Shown here one piece after another: positions 36,257-45,654 of a stretch of DNA of 64,000 bases. The notes under the pieces are model-generated. The model did no database searches. It was given only the letters and a program-made list of their open reading frames with translations, and was not told the origin of the DNA. Made by a program: the position numbers and the translations under genes. This stretch comes from Thermoanaerobaculia bacterium (GTDB taxonomy: Bacteria > Acidobacteriota > Thermoanaerobaculia > Multivoradales > Multivoraceae): positions 4,416,001 through 4,480,000 of the forward strand of contig OY762911.1 of NCBI GenBank assembly GCA_963666565.1, written 5' to 3'. Position 1 is the first letter of the stretch; each line of letters begins with the position of its first letter.

Positions 36257-37330
36257 CTACGGAATCAGCGACTCGTCCGGTTCGAGCGCCGCGGCGAAGC
36301 TGGCCAGCAGATCCGCCGAACGATCGATGTCGTCGAGCGAGATCGTCTCGACGGCGCTGTGCATGTAGCGGTTCGGAACGCTGATCAGGCCCGTCGCGAC
36401 GCCGGCGCGGGTGGTCTGGATCGGGTTCGCGTCGTTCGGCGCGGCCCGCCCCAGGGCCGCCAACTGGAAGGGGATCTCCTCTTCTTCCGCGACCTCCTCG
36501 AGCCGGTCGCTGACCTTGGGGTTCATGTTCGGCCCGCGCACGATGACCGGCCCGCCGCCCAGGCGCAGGTCGCCCTCCTGGCGCTTGCTGATCGTCGGGC
36601 AGTCCGTCGCGTGGGTCACGTCCACGGCGATGCCCACGTCCGGGTCGACGCCGTGGGCGCTGGTGCGCGCGCCGCGCAGGCCGATCTCCTCGCAAACCGT
36701 GGACACCGCGTACACCGCGACCTTCGGGTTCTTCTTCGCGACCCGCCGCAACGCCTCGATAACGACCCACAGCCCGGTCGTGTTGTCCATCTTCGGCGCG
36801 TTCGCCAGGCCGTTGCGCATCTCCTGGAAGCCCAGGTCGAGCGTGACCGGATCGCCCACCCGCACCACCGTCTTCGCGTCGTCGCCGTCCTTCGCGCCGA
36901 TGTCGAGCCAGAGGTTTTCCATCTTGACCACCCGCTTGCGTTCCTCCATGTCGAGCAGATGGATCGGCTTGCGGGCGATGACCGCGGGCACGGGCCCGTC
37001 CTTCGCCCACACGGTCATTCGCTGACCGATGAGCTGCTGCGGATCCCAGCCGCCGATCGGTTGCACCCACAGGAAGCCCTTGTCGTCGATGTAGCTGACG
37101 ATAAGGCCGATCTGGTCGCAGTGGCCGGCGAACAGCACGCGGCGGCCGTCCGGCTTCTCGCCGGCCTCGACATTCACCGCCGCGATGACGTTGCCGTGCA
37201 CGTCGGTCGTCACGCTGTACGCGAACTTGCCGGCGTAGGCGCGGACGACCTCCTGGACGGGCGCCTCGTGCCCCGAAGGACTCGGCGTGGCCAACAGATC
37301 GATGAAGAACTTCCGTGCGGTCTTGTTCAT
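36257..37330 (-). CDS. M42 family aminopeptidase
   Basis: SPSGHE, GHCDQIG, MDN, EEIGLRGA, AVDVT, RYMHS. Confidence 0.92.
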   Translation of the reverse strand: MNKTARKFFIDLLATPSPSGHEAPVQEVVRAYAGKFAYSVTTDVHGNVIAAVNVEAGEKPDGRRVLFAGHCDQIGLIVSYIDDKGFLWVQPIGGWDPQQLIGQRMTVWAKDGPVPAVIARKPIHLLDMEERKRVVKMENLWLDIGAKDGDDAKTVVRVGDPVTLDLGFQEMRNGLANAPKMDNTTGLWVVIEALRRVAKKNPKVAVYAVSTVCEEIGLRGARTSAHGVDPDVGIAVDVTHATDCPTISKRQEGDLRLGGGPVIVRGPNMNPKVSDRLEEVAEEEEIPFQLAALGRAAPNDANPIQTTRAGVATGLISVPNRYMHSAVETISLDDIDRSADLLASFAAALEPDESLIP

Positions 37331-37331
37331 T

Positions 37332-38195
37332 TCAGCGTCCCCGGCGACGCTGGCGGCTGCTGTACGACCTCAGCGCGCGCAGGAGGTCGATCTTACGCAG
37401 AGCGGGCCAGTGCGTGTCGCAGAAGTAGTACTCGGAGTAGGTGCTCTGCCAGAGCAGGAAGCCGCTCAGCCGGACCTCGCCGCTGGTTCGGAGGATCAGG
37501 TCGGGCTCGGGCTGGCCGGAGGTGTAGAGATAGCGCTCGATCGACGAGGCGCTGAACTCGTCCGCCACCTCGTCGAGCGACTTCCCGACCGCCGAGTTGT
37601 CCAGCAGGTAGTTGCGGAAGGCGCTCGCGATCTCCTCGCGACCGCCGTAGGCCATCGCTATGTTCAGCCGGTATCGGTCGTAGCCGCTGGTTGCCGCCTC
37701 CGCCTCGCGAATCGCGGTCTGCAGGCTCTCCGGCAGAAGTTCGATCTGTCCCAGGAAACGCACACGAATGCCCTTCTCGTGGACGTCGTCGTGGTTCGCC
37801 AGTTCCCGGGTCTTCTCCTCGAACAGGTCGAACAGCGCCTGCACCTCCCTGGCGGAGCGATTGAAGTTGTCGAGCGACATGCTCCACACCGTGACGGTCG
37901 AAACCTGCGCCTCGTAGCACCAGTTGAGCACTTCCCAGAGCTTCTCGGCGCCCCGGAAGTGCCCGGCGCTGACGTTGCCCAGCCTCTGCTGGCGCGCGAA
38001 GCGCCGGTTCCCGTCCATGATCAGCCCGATGTGCCGGGGCAGCCGCCAGGTCCTGACCTTGGACTCCAGCCGGCGCTGGTAGACGACGTAGAACGGCCAC
38101 TTGATCAGCGCCTTGACGCGCCGCCAGAGTTCGCTCGCGGGCCGCGTCCGCGGCGCCGCCACGGCGCCGGACTCGACCGAGCCGACGACGCTCAA
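37332..38195 (-). CDS. uppS: cis-isoprenyl diphosphate synthase (UppS family)
   Basis: HIGLIMDGNRR, YGGREEI, PDLILRTSGEVRLSGFLLWQ; product chain length unknown. Confidence 0.88.
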   Translation of the reverse strand: MSVVGSVESGAVAAPRTRPASELWRRVKALIKWPFYVVYQRRLESKVRTWRLPRHIGLIMDGNRRFARQQRLGNVSAGHFRGAEKLWEVLNWCYEAQVSTVTVWSMSLDNFNRSAREVQALFDLFEEKTRELANHDDVHEKGIRVRFLGQIELLPESLQTAIREAEAATSGYDRYRLNIAMAYGGREEIASAFRNYLLDNSAVGKSLDEVADEFSASSIERYLYTSGQPEPDLILRTSGEVRLSGFLLWQSTYSEYYFCDTHWPALRKIDLLRALRSYSSRQRRRGR

Positions 38196-38352
38196 CCGGA
38201 ATCTCCCGGCCGGGCGTCGCGTTCGCCGGAAGAGGCGCCGTCCCCGAGTCCGATCACGCTCGAAGCTCCGTCATTGCGCTGTGGTACCTTCCATCGTCGT
38301 TCGTCCATTGCCCCTTCCGCGTCCACTGCAAGCCGCCCCAGGCAACCCACCG

Positions 38353-39825
38353 ATGACACCGCGAGACTCACGGGGGTCGGCCCGGCATCGTGCGGCCGCC
38401 GGCCATTCGGCCCCGGATCATAGCGACCCCCGGAGACTCGAAGCCGCGGCGCCCGGAAAGCCGGCCCGGGAGAGGCAACGCCGCCGGCGCCTTTCGATCT
38501 TCCCGGTTCTCGCGCTGTGCGCCCTCGCCGGCCTCGCCGGCGCCGCCGGAGCGGCCCCGGCGCCGGCGCTCGAGACCACCGAGGGCACCGAGGCCCTGCG
38601 CCTGTACCTGGACTGCGACTGGGGCTGCGACTTCACGTTCCTGCGCAGCCAGATCGACTACGTCAACTGGGTGCGCGATCGCCAGGACGCCGAGGTCCAC
38701 GTCCTCGTCACCATCCAGTCGGGCGGCAACTCGCGCGAGTACACGTTCAACTTCATCGGCCTGGAACGCTTCGAAGGAACCGATCAACGGCTGATCCACA
38801 CGTCGTCGTTCACCGACACGGACGACGAACGCCGCCGCGGCATCCAGCGCCTGCTGGAGCTGGGTCTGGTTCGCTACGTGCTGGAGACGCCTCAGGCCGA
38901 GGGGCTCGTCGTGCAGTTCGAGAACGGGGAAGAGGAAGGCGAGCCGCACCGGGACCACTTCCATCCCGAACCGAACAACCTGGTCGCCGACCCGCAGGAC
39001 GATCCCTGGAACTACTGGGTCTACCGCCTTCGTCTGAACACCGACTTCCGAAGCGAGGATCGCAGGGACTCGCAGTCCTACCAGACGAGCGCTTCCGCGG
39101 GCCGCACCACGGACCTGTGGCGCATGGGAATGGGCGTCTTCTACTCCTACCGGGAGAGCAACTTCGAGTTCGAGGACGGCAGCACCTACAAGAACGTCTC
39201 CCGGAGCACGAGCTACTTCGGCCAGGTGATCCGCACCCTGGCGCCGCACTGGGGCATAGGCGTCGGCGCCAGCAGCCGCCAGTCGACCTTCCTGAATCTC
39301 GACAACTCGTACCGCGCGGCGGCGGCCATCGAGTACAACTACTTCCCCTACAGCGAATCGTCCGAGCGCGAGTTCACGTTCGCCTACTTCATCGGCGGCA
39401 CCAGCCTCGACTACGAGGAGATCACGGTCTTCGACAAGCTCGAGGAGACCTTCACGGACCAGGGCGCGTACATCGCCTTCGGCATGGAGAGGCCCTGGGG
39501 CGAGGCCCACGTCGACCTCCAGTACAGCCACTTCATCGACGACTTCGATCGCAGCCGGATCGAGTTCAGCACGGACGTCGAGTACCACATCGTGCGCGGG
39601 CTGAGCTTCGACGTCTACGCCGGCATATCGAGGATCCGCGACCAGATCTATCTGCCCAAGGGCGGAGCGACCGACGCGGAGGTCCTGGTGGCCAGACGCC
39701 AGTTGGAGACGGACCTCTCGTTCCGCGGCGGCATCCAGCTCCGCTACACCTTCGGCTCGATCTACAACAACGTGGTGAACTCCAGGCTGAGCAGCGAGAG
39801 CGGCGGCTTCTCGCGCATCTTCTAG
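38353..39825 (+). CDS. hypothetical outer-membrane beta-barrel protein; start uncertain
   Basis: Signal-like stretch; LYLDC..VNWVRDR, DPWNYWV, alternating beta strands, YTFGSIYNNVVN, C-terminal Phe. Confidence 0.65.
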   Translation: MTPRDSRGSARHRAAAGHSAPDHSDPRRLEAAAPGKPARERQRRRRLSIFPVLALCALAGLAGAAGAAPAPALETTEGTEALRLYLDCDWGCDFTFLRSQIDYVNWVRDRQDAEVHVLVTIQSGGNSREYTFNFIGLERFEGTDQRLIHTSSFTDTDDERRRGIQRLLELGLVRYVLETPQAEGLVVQFENGEEEGEPHRDHFHPEPNNLVADPQDDPWNYWVYRLRLNTDFRSEDRRDSQSYQTSASAGRTTDLWRMGMGVFYSYRESNFEFEDGSTYKNVSRSTSYFGQVIRTLAPHWGIGVGASSRQSTFLNLDNSYRAAAAIEYNYFPYSESSEREFTFAYFIGGTSLDYEEITVFDKLEETFTDQGAYIAFGMERPWGEAHVDLQYSHFIDDFDRSRIEFSTDVEYHIVRGLSFDVYAGISRIRDQIYLPKGGATDAEVLVARRQLETDLSFRGGIQLRYTFGSIYNNVVNSRLSSESGGFSRIF

Positions 39826-39885
39826 GGCCCGGCGGTTCGCGGCGCGGTTCCGAGCCGCCCCGGACTCTCCGCTATCGTCGCGGGC

Positions 39886-41235
39886 GTGAGTGTCGTCATT
39901 GCCGGCGGCGGAGACATCGCGTATCGGCTCGCGTCTTCCCTGGCGCGCGAGGAGGACGTGTTCGTCGTCGTGCCGACGGAAGCGGAGCGCGGGCGGTTCG
40001 AGCACCTGGACCTGCAGATCACTGTCGGCCCGGCGGCCAGCCGCGCCACCCTGAAGCGGGTCGGCCTCTCGGACGACGACACCTTCATCGCCTGCGCCGA
40101 CTCGGACGAGAGGAACATCATTGCCTGCCTGGCGGCCCGCGGCCAGTCGACGGCCACGACCTACTGCTTCATCGCCCAGGACCAGCACCACGAGAGCTTC
40201 AACGACCCGGAGCAGGTGACGCTGGCCGCGATCATCGACCACCTCGTCTGGCCGCAGTGGTCGCTGGCCCGGGAGATCGCTCAGATCGTGCTGGAACCGA
40301 GCGCCCTGGACGTGGAGAACTTCCACCGCGGCCGGATCTGGCTGATGGAGTACCGGCTGCCGGCGGAGTCGCCGCTATGCGGACTGACCCTGGCCGAGGC
40401 GCCCTTGCCCCGAAACGCCCTGATCGTCAGCCGGGTCCGCGACGGCGAACTGGTCGTGCCGCGCGGCCAGGACCGGCTGGAGGCGGGCGACAAGGTCCTG
40501 TTCATGGGACGGCGGACGGCGCTGCGGAAGGTGGCGAAGCGGTTCTTCGCCGCCCCCGAGACCGTCGTGCGCAGCGTCACGATCGTGGGCGGCGGGCGCA
40601 CGGGCCGGCTGCTGGCCAGCGAGCTGACCCAGGGGCTCTGGCCCGAAGTGCGGCTGATCGAGGCCTCGCGGCAGCGCTGCGAGGACATCGCCGGACAGGT
40701 GGGCCGGGCCACCGTCTTCTGCGGCGACGGTACGGACCTCCGAGTCCTGGAGGAGATCGGCGTCGAGCGCAGCGACGCCCTGGTCGCGATGGCCGGCGAC
40801 GACCAGACGAACCTGCTCTGCTCCCTGATCGCCAAGCAGCTCGGGATTCCGAAGGTGGTCACCGGCGTGCAGCAGGACGCGAGCAGCGCGCTGTTCGAGC
40901 GGGTGGGCATCGACGTGACGCTGAACGCCAGCGCGGCCGCCATCGCCGAGGTCCTGCACCAGATCCAGGCGCCGCGCCTGGAGTACCGCGCCAGGCTGGA
41001 GGACGGCCGCGCCGAAGTCGTCGAAGTCGCCGTGCCGTCCGACTTCGAGGCCCGGCGCCTGCGCGAGATGGACATGCCGACCGGCGTCATCGTCGGCGCC
41101 GTGCTGCGGCAGGTCAACACGATCGTCCCCGGCGGCGAAGACGAAGTGCGGCCCGGCGACAGCCTGCTCGTCGTCGCCACGGCCGAGGGCGCGGAGGCCA
41201 TCGGTCCGGCCTTCGGCTTGGCGCCGGACGCCTGA
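39886..41235 (+). CDS. trkA: Trk K+ uptake regulatory subunit
   Basis: Two RCK_N/RCK_C repeats (IAGGGDIA, IVGGGRTG, GDGTD). Confidence 0.9.
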   Translation: MSVVIAGGGDIAYRLASSLAREEDVFVVVPTEAERGRFEHLDLQITVGPAASRATLKRVGLSDDDTFIACADSDERNIIACLAARGQSTATTYCFIAQDQHHESFNDPEQVTLAAIIDHLVWPQWSLAREIAQIVLEPSALDVENFHRGRIWLMEYRLPAESPLCGLTLAEAPLPRNALIVSRVRDGELVVPRGQDRLEAGDKVLFMGRRTALRKVAKRFFAAPETVVRSVTIVGGGRTGRLLASELTQGLWPEVRLIEASRQRCEDIAGQVGRATVFCGDGTDLRVLEEIGVERSDALVAMAGDDQTNLLCSLIAKQLGIPKVVTGVQQDASSALFERVGIDVTLNASAAAIAEVLHQIQAPRLEYRARLEDGRAEVVEVAVPSDFEARRLREMDMPTGVIVGAVLRQVNTIVPGGEDEVRPGDSLLVVATAEGAEAIGPAFGLAPDA

Positions 41236-41244
41236 CGCGCGGCC

Positions 41245-42723
41245 GTGCGCGTCTCCCTGGTCCTCCGCACCACCCTGGCGCTGGCCGGCGGCTTCGGCCT
41301 CGTGCTGCTGGCGCCGTCGGCGGTCGACGCGGCGTACGGGCACGGGCGGAGCGCTCTCGGCTTCCTGGGCGCGGCCGGCATCGCCGCGTTCCTGGGCTTG
41401 GCCTCCCGGCTGCTGCCCGGCCGGGGGCTGGAGATGCGGCGGATGGAAGGCCTGGCGACGGTCGCGATGGCCTGGATCGTCCTGGTCCTGATCGGCGCCG
41501 TCCCGTATGCCGTGAACGGCTTCGCACCGGCCGACGCGCTGTTCGAGTCGATGTCGGGGCTGACCGGCACGGGCGCCACGATCCTCGCCGACTTCGGCGC
41601 CGCCAGCGAGGGCGTCTTCCTCTGGCGCAGCCTGAGCGAGTGGGTGGGCAGCATGGGCATCATCGCCCTGTTCATCGCCGTCCTGCCGGCGCTGCGGGTC
41701 GCCGGGCGGCAGATGTTCTTCGCCGAAGCGCCGGGGCCGACGGAGGAGCGGCTCACGCCCAGGATCCGCAACACGGCGCTCTACCTGTACTCGCTCTACG
41801 TCGGCCTGACGGGCGTGGAGATCGGGCTGCTGATCCGGTTCGGCATGCCGCCGTTCGACGCCGTCTGCAACGCCCTGAGCACGGTCTCGGCCGGCGGCTT
41901 CTCCCCGCACCCGGGCAGCATCGGCGGCTACGGCAGCGACGCCATCGAGTGGACGGTGATGGCCTTCATGCTCCTGGCTGGAGCGAACTACGCCTTCCAG
42001 TTCCAGCTCGTCCGCGGCCGTCCGCTGACCCTGCTGCGAAGCGAGGAGTTCCGGCTCTATCTCGCGATCGTCGCGGCGGCGACCCTGCTGCTGGCGGTCA
42101 CCCTGAAGACCGAAGGCACGCCCCTGTGGGAGTGGCTCGCGACCGACGCGCTCAGCGCGGACACCCTGCGGCGGGCCGGCTTCCAGGCGCTGGCGATCGT
42201 CACGACGACCGGATTCGCAACCGAGGACTTCGCGGCCTGGGCGCAGGCGAGCCAGACCGTCCTCCTGCTGCTCATGTTCTGCGGCGGCTGCGGCGGCTCC
42301 GCGGCCGGCGGCCCCAAGCTGGTGCGGCTCTGGCTGATCGGCAAGTCGACCCTGCTGGAGCTGTTCCACACCGTGTTCCCGCGCGCCGTGCGGCCCCTGC
42401 GTCTGGACGGCCGCCGGGTGTCCGACGACGTCGTCCATGCCGTCGTCTCCTTCCTGCTGCTCTACCTCCTCCTGTTCGCCCTGAGCGTCGGCGTCGTCGG
42501 CCTGACCGGCGCCGGCATGGAGACCGCCGTGACCGCCAGCATCGCCACCCTGGGCAACATCGGCCCCGGCCTCGGCGACGTGGGCCCCTTCGGCAACTAT
42601 GCCCACTTCCCCGACGGAATCAAGGTCTACCTGGCGCTCAACATGTGGGTCGGCCGGCTGGAGATCGTCACCGTGCTCATCTTCCTGCACCCGGCGGCGT
42701 GGCTGGGAGTCCGCTGGCGGTAG
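41245..42723 (+). CDS. trkH: Trk K+ uptake membrane subunit
   Basis: FESMSGLTGTGAT, WRSL..GSMGI, TTTGF, GGCGGSAAGGPK, GNIGPG, GRLEI. Confidence 0.93.
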   Translation: MRVSLVLRTTLALAGGFGLVLLAPSAVDAAYGHGRSALGFLGAAGIAAFLGLASRLLPGRGLEMRRMEGLATVAMAWIVLVLIGAVPYAVNGFAPADALFESMSGLTGTGATILADFGAASEGVFLWRSLSEWVGSMGIIALFIAVLPALRVAGRQMFFAEAPGPTEERLTPRIRNTALYLYSLYVGLTGVEIGLLIRFGMPPFDAVCNALSTVSAGGFSPHPGSIGGYGSDAIEWTVMAFMLLAGANYAFQFQLVRGRPLTLLRSEEFRLYLAIVAAATLLLAVTLKTEGTPLWEWLATDALSADTLRRAGFQALAIVTTTGFATEDFAAWAQASQTVLLLLMFCGGCGGSAAGGPKLVRLWLIGKSTLLELFHTVFPRAVRPLRLDGRRVSDDVVHAVVSFLLLYLLLFALSVGVVGLTGAGMETAVTASIATLGNIGPGLGDVGPFGNYAHFPDGIKVYLALNMWVGRLEIVTVLIFLHPAAWLGVRWR

Positions 42724-42731
42724 GTGGACTG

Positions 42732-42790
42732 CCGGGTTCGCGGGTCTTCCGACCCGCTGCCGCCGAAGGCGGCCGGAAGACGCGCCGGCC
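42732..42790 (+). repeat. REP-like element (intergenic)
   Basis: GCGGGTCTTCCGACCCGC-T-GCCGCCGAAGGCGGC-CGGAAGACGCGCCGGCC. Confidence 0.9.
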
Positions 42791-42852
42791 GAAGGCCGGC
42801 ACCGCCATGGCCGGCGGGCCAGGTCCACGCAGGTTGCTAAGGTGCCGGCCCC

Positions 42853-43680
42853 ATGGAACTCCTCGCCTCCGGCTACACGCTCATCGAAGGCCCCCGCGTC
42901 GACGCGGACGACCGCCTCTACTTCAGCGATGTCCACAACGGCGGCGTCTATCGACGCAGCCCGGACGGCGAAATCGAGACCGTCGTGCCGAAGCGCCGCG
43001 GCGTCGGCGGCATCGCGCTGCACGCCGAGGGCGGCATCGTCTGCTCCGGCCGCAACATCTGCCACGTCCGCGACGGCGCGACGCGGATCCTCTTCGACCC
43101 GCCGGACACCCCGGGGTTCAACGACCTCTTCGTCGACTCTCAGGGCCGAGTCATCTGCGGCACGATGCGGACGAGTCCCTTCACGGGCGCCACGGAACGC
43201 GTCCCCGGCGAGTGCTGGCGGATCGAATCGGAAGACGAGGCGACCGAACTCTACGGCGACATCAGCCTGACCAACGGCATCGGCTTCTCGCCCGACGGCC
43301 GTACCCTGTACCACGCCGACACCGCCCGAGGCCACGTCGTCGCGCACGACGTGACGGACGACGACCGCTGCGTCAACCGGCGAGCGATCGCCGAGCCCGA
43401 CCGCGGCCGCCCCGACGGCCTCGCCGTCGACGAGGAAGGCTGCCTCTGGGTCGCCTGCTTCGCCGGCGGCTGCGTCACCCGGTTCTCCGCGGACGGGACG
43501 ATCCTGAGCCACCTGGAAATCCCCGCCAGGAACATCACCAGCGTCTGCTTCGGCGGCAGCGACCGCCGCGACCTCTACGTCGTCACCGCCGGCGACCCGG
43601 ACGACCCCGAAACCAGCGGCTCGATCTTCCGCACGCGGTCGCCCGTGCCGGGACTGCCCGTACCGCTGGCGACGATCTGA
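42853..43680 (+). CDS. SMP-30/gluconolactonase family protein
   Basis: EGP, FND, NGIGFSPDG, PDGLAVDEEG.LWVA, TSVCFGG. Confidence 0.92.
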   Translation: MELLASGYTLIEGPRVDADDRLYFSDVHNGGVYRRSPDGEIETVVPKRRGVGGIALHAEGGIVCSGRNICHVRDGATRILFDPPDTPGFNDLFVDSQGRVICGTMRTSPFTGATERVPGECWRIESEDEATELYGDISLTNGIGFSPDGRTLYHADTARGHVVAHDVTDDDRCVNRRAIAEPDRGRPDGLAVDEEGCLWVACFAGGCVTRFSADGTILSHLEIPARNITSVCFGGSDRRDLYVVTAGDPDDPETSGSIFRTRSPVPGLPVPLATI

Positions 43681-43696
43681 CGGTTGCGCCCGAAGA

Positions 43697-43900
43697 ATGA
43701 GCAGCAACCCTGCAGACAGCGTGCGAGCGAAACTCGCCGAACTCGGGATCTCGGAGGCTGACGTCGCTGACGCCGTCCGCTGGCACCGTTCAGACGACCG
43801 GCGCCAGCCCGCGCCGTCCTCAACTCGAACGAGCCGACGTGGCCCGAGTGGCGACCCATCAACGCAGGAATCTACGGATCGAGATCCGCCATCCACGTAA
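43697..43900 (+). pseudogene. possible fragment of an AbrB/VapB-type antitoxin C-terminus
   Basis: ADSVRAKLAELGISEADVADAVRW resembles, from recollection, such C-termini; no N-terminal DNA-binding domain. Confidence 0.35.
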
Positions 43901-44366
43901 GCACTTCGCCCTCGCCGGCGAGCAGCACTGTTCCCGGCATGACCCGAAGCCGCCAGGGCGTCAGGCGCAGTACGGCGAACCCTGGACTGTCGGGGCCGTC
44001 CCAGTCGGGGATGATCGCCGGGTCGTAGCCGACGGGTGGTGGCGTCGACTTGAACAGGTTCCAGATCCGCTCCCGCGTGGGCAGATCGAACGCCCACTCC
44101 GCCCGGCATTCCGCGACGCAGGTGTCGTGGTTCTCGGTCCAGTAGTTGCACGAGACATGCGGGCTGGTATCGAGGTGAGCGCGCTTCGTCGCGGTCGGGC
44201 CGGTGCCTACCCAGCCGGTGAGAACGCCGTTCTCCCACTCCCAGATGGGGTGAAGTACCCGGGAGCGGGGACGGTTTGCCCGGTCCACCGTCGCGGCCGA
44301 GCACCAGACGATCCGGTGGGCCATGTCCACGAACGCAGGCGCTACGTCGGCTAGTGCTTCAGGCAA
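43872..44366 (-). CDS. pyridoxamine 5'-phosphate oxidase-like protein
   Basis: SD GAGGAGG + TTG; IVWCSAATVD..RPRSRVLHPIWE, LRLTPWRL. Confidence 0.8.
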   Translation of the reverse strand: MPEALADVAPAFVDMAHRIVWCSAATVDRANRPRSRVLHPIWEWENGVLTGWVGTGPTATKRAHLDTSPHVSCNYWTENHDTCVAECRAEWAFDLPTRERIWNLFKSTPPPVGYDPAIIPDWDGPDSPGFAVLRLTPWRLRVMPGTVLLAGEGEVLTWMADLDP

Positions 44367-44476
44367 GTCTGAGTCCTCCTCGGTCCTGGGTCGGTAGTGG
44401 ACGTTAGCAGCCGCCGAAACGCCAAGCCCGCGAGAGGTTTCGGCGCAGCCAGTCCGCCCACATCGACGAGAACGGC

Positions 44477-45562
44477 ATGTTCGTGATCCGAGGTCGCCTC
44501 GCGCCGGAAGCCGGCGAACTGCTGATGAAGGCGCTCGATGCCGCCGGCGAGGAGCTCTTCGACAAGGGCAGCGACGACAGGCCGCCCATCGGCAAACAAC
44601 GCGCCGACGCCTTGGCTCTGGTGGCCGAGAGGGCCTTGGCGGCAAGCCCGAAGGCGGCCCAGAGCGGCGACCGCTATCAGGTGGTCGTCCATGTCAACGA
44701 GGACGAACTCCAGGCACCCTCGGCGACGGACGAAGCGGCTCACCGAACGAACGGCACCGCACCGCCCGGGTCGGCCTTGCCTGTCGGCGCCACCGGCGCG
44801 GAGCCGTTCACGGCAGACGTTTCCGCGGAAACGTGCAAAGCGTGCCGTGCGGGCGAGGGCGGCGTGCGACAGGCCGCGGTGCTCGCGCCAGACACCCAGC
44901 GGCGACTCGCCGTCGATCAGCCCGGCGGCGTTTCCGCGGAAACGCCTCCCGCACCGAACCACCCGACCGGCGCCTGGCTCGGCGGCTCTCACATCCGCGT
45001 TTCCGCTGAAACGGCCCGGCGCGCCGCCTGCGACTCCGCCACGGTGCGGATGACCCACCGGAACGGGGAGATCCTGAGCGTCGGCCGCAAGACGCGAACG
45101 ATCCCGCCGCCGATTCGGCGCGCCCTGGAGTTCCGCGATCAGGGTTGCCGCTTCCCCGGCTGCACCTCGAGGCACTGCGACGCCCACCACATCGAACACT
45201 GGGCCGACGGCGGCGAAACGAAGCTGTCCAACCTCGTCCTCCTGTGCCGTCGGCACCACCGCCTGCTTCACGAAGGCGGCTGCAGCGTACGATTGAACGC
45301 CCAAGGCGCCACCCGGTTCTTCGACCGACGCGGACGGCCGCTCCAACGGAGCCCGGCGCCGCCGCCCATCGGCCTCCACGCCGCGGAGGACCTCGTCAGG
45401 CAACTCGAAGACGCGGGCATCCTCGTCACCGGCAAGGAGTCCATGCCCATCTGGGACGGCGAGCCTCTGGATCTGCACTACGCGATGGAGGTCCTTTGGC
45501 GGCCGCCTCCCCACCTGGAGGCCGCGGTCGCGCGGGAGAGAGGGTCCGCGCGGGTCGCGTAG
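44477..45562 (+). CDS. DUF222-HNH endonuclease (13E12-like), N-terminally truncated
   Basis: GRLAPEAG, RADAL, YQVVVHV, RRAACD, RDQGCRFPGC..DAHHIEHWADGGET.LSNLVLLCRRHH; in-frame TAG at 44405 upstream. Confidence 0.85.
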   Translation: MFVIRGRLAPEAGELLMKALDAAGEELFDKGSDDRPPIGKQRADALALVAERALAASPKAAQSGDRYQVVVHVNEDELQAPSATDEAAHRTNGTAPPGSALPVGATGAEPFTADVSAETCKACRAGEGGVRQAAVLAPDTQRRLAVDQPGGVSAETPPAPNHPTGAWLGGSHIRVSAETARRAACDSATVRMTHRNGEILSVGRKTRTIPPPIRRALEFRDQGCRFPGCTSRHCDAHHIEHWADGGETKLSNLVLLCRRHHRLLHEGGCSVRLNAQGATRFFDRRGRPLQRSPAPPPIGLHAAEDLVRQLEDAGILVTGKESMPIWDGEPLDLHYAMEVLWRPPPHLEAAVARERGSARVA

Positions 45563-45654
45563 GACGACCCTGGCAGTCGCGCGCCGCTACGCCGCCAGGA
45601 GCCGCGAGAAGCGAGCCCCGGCCGCGCCGACCCCGAAGTGACCTCGCCTTTCGG

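Noticed and set aside
38517-44304. Very long ORFs (1727 aa, 1309 aa and similar elsewhere)
   Set aside because: Arg/Pro-rich shadow or antisense frames caused by high GC; the real genes are recognisable in other frames.
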